In this document: piece by piece, positions 1 to 8,791 of the stretch
How positions within the stretch are numbered: the first letter of the stretch is position 1
Layout of the letters: each line of letters begins with the position of its first letter
Origin: Parachlamydiales bacterium
GTDB lineage: Bacteria; Chlamydiota; Chlamydiia; Chlamydiales; Rhabdochlamydiaceae
Assembly (NCBI GenBank): GCA_963705295.1
Contig: OY970065.1
Location: 886,178 to 950,177 of the forward strand
DNA: 64,000 nt
Reading direction: 5' to 3'
Position numbers and translations under genes: made by a program
The notes under the pieces: model-generated
Told to the model about the DNA's origin: nothing
Database searches by the model: none
The model's input: only the letters and a program-made list of their open reading frames with translations

Positions 1-24
1 AGGGTTCAACTCCTTTCGCCAGCA
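1..24 (+). tRNA. 3' end of a tRNA gene cut by the window edge (identity undetermined)
   Basis: T-arm-like AGGG-TTCAACT-CCTT is followed by a 7-nt acceptor strand CGCCAGC and discriminator A. It lies only 7 nt upstream of the next tRNA. Confidence 0.5.
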
Positions 25-31
25 TTCTTCA

Positions 32-113
32 GGGGGTGTCGCATAGCGGCAATTGCAAGGGACTGTAAATCCCTCGTCTTCGGACTTCGTGTGTTCGAGT
101 CACACCGCCCCCA
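32..113 (+). tRNA. tRNA-Tyr (anticodon GTA), class II with long variable arm
   Basis: Acceptor GGGGGTG pairs with CGCCCCC. Anticodon stem AGGGA/TCCCT carries loop CTGTAAA (GTA at 65-67). The variable arm has a GTC-TTCG-GAC stem. T arm is GTGTG-TTCGAGT-CACAC, followed by discriminator A. CCA is not encoded. Confidence 0.9.
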
Positions 114-127
114 AATCCTCTATAGAA
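61..127 (+). repeat. attL-type copy of a 67-bp direct repeat (3' part of tRNA-Tyr from the anticodon stem, plus 14 nt downstream)
   Basis: GACTGTAAATCCCTCGTCTTCGGACTTCGTGTGTTCGAGTCACACCGCCCCCAAATCCTCTATAGAA is identical to 8792-8858. Confidence 0.9.
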
Positions 128-433
128 ATTGATTCAAGCATTCACCAAAATCAGCCCTCTCAAAAATCTTAAATGGGGGGCCAGTGGGGTGATCGATCAC
201 AACATATCTCAACGCACTCATCCAGTTTTTGAAGTGTCTGAACATCGTTTAAGATAAAAAAATCCATAAGGTTTATTCTTTAAACACCCAAGATCCACCC
301 ATGCAATAAAAGATCTGGCTTATATTTGTTCATTTTCAAGGAGATATATAGAATTTAGCAGGGGATAATATATCCCTCGTTGTGAAAATTTCTCGGATTT
401 TCTATGCTTCTCCATTTTCAAGGAAGGATAGCA

Positions 434-1516
434 ATGGCTGAAAGAGAGAATATTGAAAAACGAATTTCGAGTACTGGCAAAATCAGCTACAGAGCCAGAA
501 TTGAGCTCAAGGGATACAAAAGGCTATCTGCCACTTTTGCATCCAAAACAAAAGCTAAGCTTTGGAAGCAGCAGACCGAAGGTGCAATGCGAGAAGGGCG
601 ATATTTCAAAACGATTGAGTCAAGGAAGCATACTATTGGAGAACTAGCAGATAGATATATTCGCGATGTCCTTCCTACAAAACCCAAAAGCTATAATAAG
701 CAGAAGGCTCAGTTGCTTTGGTGGAAAGATCAATTAGGGCATCGTCTTTTGTTTGACCTCACGCCTGCATTAATTGGAGAGTGTCGAGATGTTTTAGCTT
801 CTCAAACCACGTATAGAGGTACGAAAAGATCCTCTGCAACAGTGGTGAGATATCTTGCTGCTCTTTCGCATGCCCTAAGTACTGCGCTCAAAGAATGGGG
901 TTGGTTAGAAGACAGCCCCATGAGAAAAGTTACAAAACCAAAAGAACCTCGAGGACGTGTTCGTTACTTGAGTTCCGAAGAGCGACATGCATTATTAGAA
1001 GCATGTAAACAAAGCAGTTCTAGCTACCTTTATCCCATTGTAATTTTAGGTCTTTCAACTGGAATGAGACAGATGGAAATCCTGAATCTTAAATGGAAGG
1101 ATATTGATTTGGAAAAGGGGATCATAATTCTTCATGAAACAAAAAATGATGAAAGACGGTGTGTTCCATTAGCAGGGCATGCACTGGAACTCATCAAACA
1201 ATTATCCGCTACACGTAAAAATATTTCCCCCTTTCTTTTCCCTTCAAACAAGCTATCGAAGAACAAACCATATAATATTAGGTCTCCATGGGAAAATGCT
1301 GTTAAAATGGCTGGAATAAAGGATTTTCGATTTCACGATCTAAGACACGATTTTGCCAGCCAACTTTTGGCTTCGGGAGCAAGCCTTGCACAACTTTCAG
1401 AAGTCCTAGGTCATAAAACTCTCCAAATGATCAAAAGATATGCACACCTTTGTCAATCGCAAGCAGCCGACGTAGTTGCAAAGATGAATGATAGGTTATT
1501 TGAAAGAATTGTATGA
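434..1516 (+). CDS. Tyrosine site-specific recombinase (phage-type integrase)
   Basis: The C-terminal catalytic region shows TGMRQMEIL (Arg), HDLRHDFAS (H-x-x-R) and LGHKTLQMIKRYAH (His/Tyr). It is adjacent to the tRNA att site. The start could instead be the upstream ATG at 404. Confidence 0.9.
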   Translation: MAERENIEKRISSTGKISYRARIELKGYKRLSATFASKTKAKLWKQQTEGAMREGRYFKTIESRKHTIGELADRYIRDVLPTKPKSYNKQKAQLLWWKDQLGHRLLFDLTPALIGECRDVLASQTTYRGTKRSSATVVRYLAALSHALSTALKEWGWLEDSPMRKVTKPKEPRGRVRYLSSEERHALLEACKQSSSSYLYPIVILGLSTGMRQMEILNLKWKDIDLEKGIIILHETKNDERRCVPLAGHALELIKQLSATRKNISPFLFPSNKLSKNKPYNIRSPWENAVKMAGIKDFRFHDLRHDFASQLLASGASLAQLSEVLGHKTLQMIKRYAHLCQSQAADVVAKMNDRLFERIV

Positions 1517-1638
1517 GCAATGTTGTTTCTGATTATCAAATTAACTAAAATATTTATTTAAATAAAGTTATTTATAATATTGATATAAAGAGCCAATATA
1601 TTCTATTGTTTTCTTTATCAAATTTTAAAAGGAATACT

Positions 1639-1995
1639 ATGAATCGCTCTATAATTTTTGGCATCTCATTTTTTTCTTATATCTGTTCAGTAAACGCCAC
1701 CCAAATTCAAGTACTTCCTCCAGCCAGTAGTTTTGGTGGGCAAATGGGCGAAAAACTGGGTAAAGGATTTAGCGAGGGACTAGAACAAGGGATTAAAGAA
1801 AGGCGGAGGAGAAAAGAACAGGAGAAAAATACAAAACTTCTTCAGCAGCTTCTAAAGGATTATCACCCTTCGAGTAACTTTGAGTATGTAATCCGCATTT
1901 TGCAAAGCTCACTTCCTGAAGATTTAAAAAAACTTACGATCAATGTGTTGAATGAGCAGCATGAGAGATATTTAAAAGAAAACAGGAGAAAATGA
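1639..1995 (+). CDS. Small exported hypothetical protein (island cargo)
   Basis: N-terminal signal-like MNRSIIFGISFFSYICSVNA, with a basic/acidic coiled region. Its stop overlaps the next ORF's start by 4 nt. Confidence 0.5.
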   Translation: MNRSIIFGISFFSYICSVNATQIQVLPPASSFGGQMGEKLGKGFSEGLEQGIKERRRRKEQEKNTKLLQQLLKDYHPSSNFEYVIRILQSSLPEDLKKLTINVLNEQHERYLKENRRK

Positions 1996-2234
1996 TGAAA
2001 AAAGGACTTTCAAGTCTATTGCTGATATTTTTAACAACCTCCTCGCTTTATGGGGATTACTACTTAGATGAAAATGGCCAACTTGAAGGATTTGTTCAGG
2101 AGAACGGATCAAATGGATATATCATCCTGGATAAGAATGGACATGTTGAATCATATATTCAAGAAAATGGTGATAGTGGGTCCATGATCTTAGATTCAGA
2201 AGGTCACGTAGAGGGTTTTTATCAAGAAGACTAG
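1992..2234 (+). CDS. Small exported repeat protein (three ~20-aa repeats, LD-x-NG-x-hE-x-h-QENG)
   Basis: Signal-like MMKKGLSSLLLIFLTTSSLYG. The repeats are YYLDENGQLEGFVQENGSNG / YIILDKNGHVESYIQENGDSG / SMILDSEGHVEGFYQED. Confidence 0.5.
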   Translation: MMKKGLSSLLLIFLTTSSLYGDYYLDENGQLEGFVQENGSNGYIILDKNGHVESYIQENGDSGSMILDSEGHVEGFYQED

Positions 2235-2242
2235 GGCTTGAT

Positions 2243-2515
2243 TTAGCAAGTGTTGAAAATGTACGTCTGCCTGGCTCTATTAATTAATTCTCTAGTAAGT
2301 TTCCTGTCTTTTAATGCTTCATGCGAATAAAAACCGTGCTTCCAATTCGCTTGTTGTGAATTTTTAAATCCCAAAAGCGTTTTTGGGCCTCTGCAATACC
2401 CTCCATGAAGACGACAGCGTCCATTTTTCATAGCAGGCTGCTCACAAGGTTGACCTGCTTTGCGTTTTGATCTAGCACCGCAGAGGACAAGAGATCCATC
2501 CTCGGAATCAAACAT
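2243..2515 (-). CDS. HGGxSTG-like small Cys/His-rich protein (phage/plasmid-associated family)
   Basis: Motif CGARSKRKAGQPCEQPAMKNGRCRLHGGYCRGPKT...WKHGFYS. I place the start at the internal MFDSEDG, 8 nt inside the upstream ORF end; the track ORF extends to 2602. Confidence 0.5.
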   Translation of the reverse strand: MFDSEDGSLVLCGARSKRKAGQPCEQPAMKNGRCRLHGGYCRGPKTLLGFKNSQQANWKHGFYSHEALKDRKLTRELINRARQTYIFNTC

Positions 2516-3074
2516 TCCCCCCACCCCCTGAGAGAATATCTCCAATGATAGCTTTAGATTGATCATTGACATTGATATGTTGTACGACGACTTTCTGTTC
2601 ACCTTTTCTGCGATACTGGATTAGCTTTTCAATTGTCTCATTTTTTAGACGAAGGAGTTTGACAGCAATGTTGATAGCACTCTCAACGTGGCAGAGCAGA
2701 TTGTTGTCATTTTCAGCGCGGGCCAAATATCGCATTCCTTGAGCATTCAAAGCAATAATCTGCGAGCAAAGCATACCTTCCATCGAATCTTGAGGGGAGA
2801 GGTTCTTTAAAGCTCGAAAGGTTGTTTGCAGGGCAACATCTTGAGGAATGTTTTTAGGAAAGGCTTCACTGGTCGATTTAATGAGACTTAAACACAACTC
2901 CTCATTAAAAGTACCACTGATTTCTTTGCAGTTCTCATTATCTTGTTGAGTTTTTGTTGAGGTTGCCAAAGAGCTGGCTGTCTTTGTATGAATTTTGGAA
3001 TTGCAAAAAGGATCTTCTCGATGATTAGATTTACAACCATTTTGATCGTTATTTTTTAAATTTGATTGCTTCAT
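2508..3074 (-). CDS. Hypothetical protein (island)
   Basis: A 188-aa ORF in the minus-strand operon with no motif I recognise. It is coupled to the downstream HGG-motif gene. Confidence 0.45.
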   Translation of the reverse strand: MKQSNLKNNDQNGCKSNHREDPFCNSKIHTKTASSLATSTKTQQDNENCKEISGTFNEELCLSLIKSTSEAFPKNIPQDVALQTTFRALKNLSPQDSMEGMLCSQIIALNAQGMRYLARAENDNNLLCHVESAINIAVKLLRLKNETIEKLIQYRRKGEQKVVVQHINVNDQSKAIIGDILSGGGGNV

Positions 3075-3127
3075 AGAAATACTGCTGCTCTCAATCGGAT
3101 AAAATAATTATTCTATACCATAGCTTT

Positions 3128-4114
3128 TCATTTCATTCCTACCTCAACCCATTGACGTAGGTTGACCCCTTCTTTAAACGCATCACCAGGACTTTTACCT
3201 CTAGGTACTGGCCAAGGTTTAATGTGAGGATAGGTATCCTTCCAAAATTTATATGCTTTTTTGCCTGGCTCATCGAAGTCCAATGCAAATAATATAAGGC
3301 GAGACTTCTTTAAGAGAGTGTCAGTCCGAATATCGGGTTTTTTCCCAACTCCTCCTATTGCTATACAGCAACACAGATCATTAGCAATTTGTTGAAGAAG
3401 CATTGCATCTAACTCCGATTCAACTAAAACAATCACATCGAAGATATTTCCATAGATAGAGGGGGCCTTCATGCTGCCAGTTATTTCTGCATATTTCGGT
3501 AATGTGTCTTCAGGATGCCAATCGGTCCTCCTAATTTTCAATTTCACGAGTTGTCCATTTTCATAAGTTGGTATGACAATTCCACGGGGCAACCAAATCT
3601 TGCGTTTCTCTCCGGTTCTAGGGAAGCCCCATAAGTTCGGTGCTTCAAATTTATTTGATTCATTCCAGCCTAAGATAAAAGTTTGGGCGGTATGTATAGA
3701 GAAACCACGATTTTTAATGATAGAGAGGCCAAAGGGTGTGTTAAACATTCTTGTGTGAGAGTTCGATGCAAATCGCATCCCTTGTTCCTGCCATTCACGG
3801 GAAGGAATGCTAGCAGGTTGTGGTGTGAATATTTTATGACTAAATCTTTTCCCCAAATGCATTTTTGGTTCAGCACCAACCTTTTCACAAGCTTCGTGAT
3901 AATCGAGGTTTAAAAAATCCCTGCAAAATTGGATTAAATCACCTTTACAGTTACATTGACGGCACCAATATCGACCGATTTTGTCCCAAATGATGAATCT
4001 ATCCTTGCCTTGGCATGAAGGACAAGGAGAGTGATATTCACCACCATTAGTAGAAGATGTGCGTTTCGGATGTAAGTTAACCTCTTCTGCAAGATCAATC
4101 AGGTTCATAGACAT
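3128..4114 (-). CDS. DNA primase-like protein (Zn-ribbon + Toprim)
   Basis: N-terminal zinc-binding cysteines HSPCPSCQGKDRFIIW...YWCRQCNCKGDLIQF. Toprim-like acidic motifs are VLVESELDAMLL and FALDFDEPGKKA. Confidence 0.7.
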   Translation of the reverse strand: MSMNLIDLAEEVNLHPKRTSSTNGGEYHSPCPSCQGKDRFIIWDKIGRYWCRQCNCKGDLIQFCRDFLNLDYHEACEKVGAEPKMHLGKRFSHKIFTPQPASIPSREWQEQGMRFASNSHTRMFNTPFGLSIIKNRGFSIHTAQTFILGWNESNKFEAPNLWGFPRTGEKRKIWLPRGIVIPTYENGQLVKLKIRRTDWHPEDTLPKYAEITGSMKAPSIYGNIFDVIVLVESELDAMLLQQIANDLCCCIAIGGVGKKPDIRTDTLLKKSRLILFALDFDEPGKKAYKFWKDTYPHIKPWPVPRGKSPGDAFKEGVNLRQWVEVGMK

Positions 4115-4116
4115 TT

Positions 4117-4731
4117 TCAGCTTAAGATTTCAGAGATGAGTTTAAACTTTTGTCGGCATATTTCCAAATCAGGGAAGCTGTATTCATCGTCCTCTCTTTT
4201 CAAAATCTTGTCCAAAAAGTTCTCTAGAATCTGTTCTGCAGCAAAATTCCAATATTTCCCGTTTTTTTGGCACCAAGCTCGAAAATCTATGAACAATGAT
4301 TGGACATTATGACTACGTTCAGGCCAACCAATGATTCTACCGACGGAGGATTGAGATGGTTCGATATGACCTTCATTAAGCATGATACTGATCCAATCAA
4401 GAACATTTTCCATTGTATTGTTTTTTGCGTGTGGAACGTGTGGAAAGGTGAGAAATTCACATAACCCATTAGGAGTTAATTGGATATTGGTGGGATTGTT
4501 TTCTACACTTCCCTTTTTCATGCGTGTAGAAAGGTGAGAAAAATGCTCCGACAAATCTTTTTTTGTCTCACCATTCTCACCAATGATCATTGGTTCGTGT
4601 GGAAAAGTTTTAGAACTCTGCGAACCATTTTTCTCTCTATGAAAAACTGTTGTAACACATTTTTTGTCGCACCTATTCTCACCATTCTCACCAGAAAAAC
4701 GGGAGGGTTGTTCAGAAATTGGGTTGATCAT
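4117..4731 (-). CDS. Hypothetical protein (island)
   Basis: A 204-aa ORF. Its start overlaps the upstream gene's stop by 4 nt, and its own stop lies 2 nt upstream of the primase start. No recognisable motif. Confidence 0.45.
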   Translation of the reverse strand: MINPISEQPSRFSGENGENRCDKKCVTTVFHREKNGSQSSKTFPHEPMIIGENGETKKDLSEHFSHLSTRMKKGSVENNPTNIQLTPNGLCEFLTFPHVPHAKNNTMENVLDWISIMLNEGHIEPSQSSVGRIIGWPERSHNVQSLFIDFRAWCQKNGKYWNFAAEQILENFLDKILKREDDEYSFPDLEICRQKFKLISEILS

Positions 4732-6599
4732 TCTTCTATCCCCATTACATTGTCTGTAAATCGATAGACGCGTTTGGATTTTGCCATACCAGGTAGCTTT
4801 TCGCTACGGGTAGGCTTTCCCTTCGAGTCCGGCATCAAAAATCCATTTTTAATGCAGGTTTTGGCAACCTGAACAGGGTCTAAACCCCGACAAAGGTCGC
4901 TCTTAAAAACTTCCGTAAATAAAAAATATTCCGTTCCTCCTTCACCATCATTCTTACGAAATCCAGCTCGTTGGATTGTTTGATGGGAATCATGAGCATC
5001 CCATGGAGTGAATCGACTTGTTCCATGAGTTTGGAAGAAGTGCATCACCTGAGCAATAATTGTTCTCTCCTCCTGAGGGCCAAAAGTTCCCCGGTTTTTT
5101 AGCCATGCCTCAAAGCAGAATTTCACTGCGGCGGTCGCAGTACCAGATTCCCACCCTGTGATGCCAAAAAAAGAGGCGAGCTCCCCAGCAGCAGAGATAA
5201 GACCGAATCTTCGAGCAACACGAAAGACTTGCCCATCGGAAGCTTCAGGAACATAGCTAAACATGAAGTTTTCTATGTACTTTTTTATGAGCGGCTCAAT
5301 TTCTGCCTTTTTCTCTACCAAGTTTCTTAAAAATTCTCGTGAGGGAACACCATATGTTTTTTTGGTTGCTTCACCTAGAGCGTTGCTGAAAGAAGATCCA
5401 TTTTGATAACCGTGTAATTCTTCGAACATGCCATATTTCAGTCCCTCTGCTGGGATGTCTACAAGGCGCACTTCTTGGCCAGCTCTTGCCTTTTTGCCCG
5501 CTTCAACCATATGGGTAGCTAGAGATATTTCACCTGTTGAGAGGAAAACGAGCGACCATGATGATTTTTCTTTAGCATTCCCCGATTGCGTGGACCTTAA
5601 CTTTCCTGATCCATTAGCGAGCATGTAGGCAATTTCTCCCGCAGCTTCAGGGTTTACTTGAGAAAGTTCGTCGAGACACAAAAGTGCATCATTATGGTTA
5701 GAAGCACAAGCCTCTAGTCCATTGGAGGTAGCTCTCCAGCGTTGCATGTGTTCTGGACCGCCCCAGATCGAAGCTGCAACAAGTAACGTGGTTGTTTTGC
5801 CAGTCGAGCTTGCGCCTCTGAAGTGGAATCCGCCGCTTTCCATATTCAAAATTTTCAGAAGGGGAGGGGAGAATGCAGCGCAGACACTGAAGAGAAGTAG
5901 ATTGTTTCTTTCACACAGTCTCCCAATTTGTTCTTTCCAATCGTCTAAAGATCCCTTTGTCTCGTATTCTATTGAACAGGGCGAGGTCGTTTGCAATATC
6001 ACTTCTTCTTTTCCTTTTGGCCCGATTGTTAAATCAGGAAGAACGAAATACTCTCCTCGATGCCACCCCGTTCTATTTACACACCTTATTCGTTGTTTAG
6101 GGCGCGAAGATTGAATGTAGATGGTTAAAATCTGCCTTGCTCCTTTAGCGGGAGAAATCTCGAGTCCCATTGATAAAAGAACGGCTCTATACTGTGTTCC
6201 ATCACCCGATAAAAGCTCCATAGGCATAGCCCATTTCTTGCGAATTCCATCGACGTCTGAAAATTCCAGCAAGCGACCGAAATTCTTATTATTGTCATCG
6301 CGAACAATAGCTCCTATTTCAAGCCTCTGACAAATGCGAATAGGAGAAGGTGGATCCTCTTGATCGGGTTTACCTTCTGGCTGGAACATCAAATGATTCC
6401 CGTGAAAATAGAAACCTTCAGGGAGTTTTGTAGATTCATATTCCTCTTCGAGCTCTGAAGCTCGTTTTATCGATGCTAAAGTATCTAAGTTTGTCTCAGT
6501 GGATAAGGAAATATCTATCTGAGGCTGTTCAGAAATAGGTTGTTCTGGAAAAACACAAAAAGTATTATTAGTCATGTTTAAGGTTCCTGTTATTATCAA
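4728..6599 (-). CDS. DUF927-type P-loop replication protein (primase-associated helicase-like)
   Basis: Walker A is FRGASSTGKTT and a Walker B-like motif is ALLCLDELSQ. The size and its position upstream of a primase are typical of satellite/plasmid replication proteins. Confidence 0.65.
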   Translation of the reverse strand: MIITGTLNMTNNTFCVFPEQPISEQPQIDISLSTETNLDTLASIKRASELEEEYESTKLPEGFYFHGNHLMFQPEGKPDQEDPPSPIRICQRLEIGAIVRDDNNKNFGRLLEFSDVDGIRKKWAMPMELLSGDGTQYRAVLLSMGLEISPAKGARQILTIYIQSSRPKQRIRCVNRTGWHRGEYFVLPDLTIGPKGKEEVILQTTSPCSIEYETKGSLDDWKEQIGRLCERNNLLLFSVCAAFSPPLLKILNMESGGFHFRGASSTGKTTTLLVAASIWGGPEHMQRWRATSNGLEACASNHNDALLCLDELSQVNPEAAGEIAYMLANGSGKLRSTQSGNAKEKSSWSLVFLSTGEISLATHMVEAGKKARAGQEVRLVDIPAEGLKYGMFEELHGYQNGSSFSNALGEATKKTYGVPSREFLRNLVEKKAEIEPLIKKYIENFMFSYVPEASDGQVFRVARRFGLISAAGELASFFGITGWESGTATAAVKFCFEAWLKNRGTFGPQEERTIIAQVMHFFQTHGTSRFTPWDAHDSHQTIQRAGFRKNDGEGGTEYFLFTEVFKSDLCRGLDPVQVAKTCIKNGFLMPDSKGKPTRSEKLPGMAKSKRVYRFTDNVMGIEE

Positions 6600-6639
6600 A
6601 AGCCCCCTTAGAGCTGCTACTCAAGAGGGCAAGTTTGGG

Positions 6640-6867
6640 TTAAATTCTCAGATCAAATGCTAATCGCTTAATCCAGGTCTCATAATCTAGGGGATCTGGG
6701 GTTTTTTTGTTTAATTCATAGTCATAATAAGGATTTCTTCGAGTAGATTGTGCTGATCGCTCTTTCATCCTCTTTTTTAAGAATCTATGATTGTGCATCG
6801 GCGCGGTCATTTTCATCACCTCCTTTGCGCAGGTTATGTTATTCATTGCATCCTCCATTTTTTTCAT
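6640..6867 (-). CDS. Small hypothetical protein (start uncertain)
   Basis: A 75-aa basic ORF between the HTH gene and the P-loop gene. Several candidate ATGs exist (6867, 6846, 6813). Confidence 0.35.
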   Translation of the reverse strand: MKKMEDAMNNITCAKEVMKMTAPMHNHRFLKKRMKERSAQSTRRNPYYDYELNKKTPDPLDYETWIKRLAFDLRI

Positions 6868-7060
6868 TTTGTTCTTTTACAAAACGAATAATCTCTCGAG
6901 GGAGAATATAGCGCCTTCTGCCAACTTTTCTTGAGCAGCGACGTCTAAATTCATCATCTCTAAAGATCTTCCATGCAATAGCACTTTCAGTCATGAATGG
7001 GAGAATTTCTGGGCCTTGTTTGATCGTTGCAATCTCGGGAATTTCTTCAGTTTCTTCCAT
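6839..7060 (-). CDS. AlpA/excisionase-like helix-turn-helix protein
   Basis: A 73-aa protein, first gene of the minus-strand operon. The segment FMTESAIAWKIF...GRRRYILPREIIRFV resembles HTH_17/AlpA regulators. Confidence 0.5.
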   Translation of the reverse strand: MEETEEIPEIATIKQGPEILPFMTESAIAWKIFRDDEFRRRCSRKVGRRRYILPREIIRFVKEQNEKNGGCNE

Positions 7061-7295
7061 ATTTTTTCCTTTTTATGGTTGTTTAGGATTGTAGAGGCAA
7101 GCCTTTCAATGCGACGACTTGCTTTCGTCATTTTTGCAAACGCAAAGAATTTATTTTGAATTGCGGCGCTTTTTCTTAAAAATCCAGCCTAAGAAATAAA
7201 ATGGTCGTAAATTTCTACAGAGAGAAAGGATGGTGAGCTATGAAAATGCCGCAAATGAATGCCGCAAGTAAGGTTTAGATAAAAAAGAAGTGTTG

Positions 7296-7985
7296 CTAAT
7301 CTTTAATTTTAGCCGAGCATAACTCATCAAATTCTGATGAAATGGTAAGGGCTATTAGCTTTTTTTTGACTAATTTAACAAGATTATCTTTACGATTTTT
7401 AGGAACATTTCCTTTCCCTTTTTCTAGGTATACTCTAGCAAAAGGCTGACAGTTTCGATTGCTTTCAATTTTGTTTGATATCATTCTCATTGTTCTTTGA
7501 TCTAATAATTCAACATCTCGTGTATCTCTATATTGTTTCATTATTTCAAGCACTTCTAAATCTGATTCGATCAGATTACGGGCTATATTGGAGGGGATTC
7601 CTGTTGGTTTTCCAATCAAATATTTTTCAAGAAAACGATTCATATGTTGGCTGGGTTGTATATCAGAATGATATAACCAAAGAAGCCATTTCCCAAGATC
7701 AGATACCTTGATCCAATATCTACGCTCTATATGAAGATCTGCGGAAGCTGGTAGTTTTCCACAATGGATAGCTTCAAGGGCTTTGTCGTAAATAATAAAC
7801 TCTTCAGTAAAATGACTAAAATATTCATACGATTCAAAATAAGATCCAGGAAATTTACCTGAAAATAAAGAAAATAGACCTGAAAGAGTCAACGCATCTT
7901 TTAGCAAAAATTTTTCAAAAACTATGCTATCTTTTACTCCACTATTCGCAAATTGAATCATTACTTCAATGAAGCCGTCCGTCAT
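7296..7985 (-). CDS. Hypothetical protein co-transcribed with the TA pair
   Basis: A 229-aa ORF whose ATG overlaps the antitoxin stop by 4 nt. No recognisable domain. Confidence 0.5.
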   Translation of the reverse strand: MTDGFIEVMIQFANSGVKDSIVFEKFLLKDALTLSGLFSLFSGKFPGSYFESYEYFSHFTEEFIIYDKALEAIHCGKLPASADLHIERRYWIKVSDLGKWLLWLYHSDIQPSQHMNRFLEKYLIGKPTGIPSNIARNLIESDLEVLEIMKQYRDTRDVELLDQRTMRMISNKIESNRNCQPFARVYLEKGKGNVPKNRKDNLVKLVKKKLIALTISSEFDELCSAKIKD

Positions 7986-8278
7986 GCAGCGGCGGGTCTG
8001 ATGGAGATGTCAAGATTACAAGCTTGCAAGATGGCTAAAAGGGATTGAAGACGAGGGTTGCCACGCTGTGATAGAGTGCGATATAAACTTTCTCTGTTTA
8101 GATCCGTCTCTTTGGCAAGCTTAGCAACGCCGCCATTTGCATCGGCGATGTCTTTTAAGGCGATAAGAAATACTTTTGGATCTTCATCTTCTAAAGCAGC
8201 ATTTAGATAAGCTGCGGCAGCTTTAGGGTCTTGCAGACGTTTGAAAAGATGCTCTTTATAATTCCTGAATTTTTTCAT
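7982..8278 (-). CDS. Type II antitoxin ('addiction module antidote', HigA-like HTH)
   Basis: MKKFRNYKEHLFKRLQDPKAAAAYLNAALEDEDPKVFLIALKDIADANGG...NRESLYRTLSQRGNPRLQSLL matches the conserved antidote family pattern. I place the start at the internal ATG, which overlaps the toxin stop by 4 nt. Confidence 0.75.
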   Translation of the reverse strand: MKKFRNYKEHLFKRLQDPKAAAAYLNAALEDEDPKVFLIALKDIADANGGVAKLAKETDLNRESLYRTLSQRGNPRLQSLLAILQACNLDISIRPAAA

Positions 8279-8619
8279 TTTTTTCTCCTTGATTTGCTTT
8301 GTAAGCAATCCTCCCAAAATTCTTTGGCCTTCTTGATATCCTTTTTTTGGGAGGACTTGTCCCCTCCACATAACAAAATCACAATTGTTTTTCCTCTCAT
8401 GCCATAATAAATACGATAACCCGGGCCGTAATGGATTTTCAGTTCATAAACTCCATTGCCTACAGGTTCTCTATTACCAAAATTCCCGCCCCTTACTCGA
8501 GCTAATCGGGTGCTGACTATTGCTTGCGCATCTCTGCTTAGGCGCGATTCCCATTCTGTATAAGGCTCCTTCCCTGAAGGCAATGCGTATAGCTCAATCT
8601 CAATGGAGTCCATATACAT
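8275..8619 (-). CDS. Type II toxin ('addiction module killer', RelE/ParE superfamily, HigB-like)
   Basis: EWESRLSRDAQAIVSTRLARVRGGNFGNREPVGNGVYELKIHYGPGYRIYYGMRGKTIVILLCGGDKSSQKKDIKKAKEFW matches the family pattern. Confidence 0.75.
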   Translation of the reverse strand: MYMDSIEIELYALPSGKEPYTEWESRLSRDAQAIVSTRLARVRGGNFGNREPVGNGVYELKIHYGPGYRIYYGMRGKTIVILLCGGDKSSQKKDIKKAKEFWEDCLQSKSRRKK

Positions 8620-8791
8620 TCATATGGTAGCAAATAAGCTACATTAGGTCAAGCCTGTGGGGGATTCTTGGGGGAATAGATGGCAAAACGTCACAATTTT
8701 TGACAATGTATGCCAATCAGGAAATTCGTCTAAGTTGCTAATCATACGGTTGTTAAGTGCTGTCTTTAATTGCTGATAGTTGGATTCTTAT

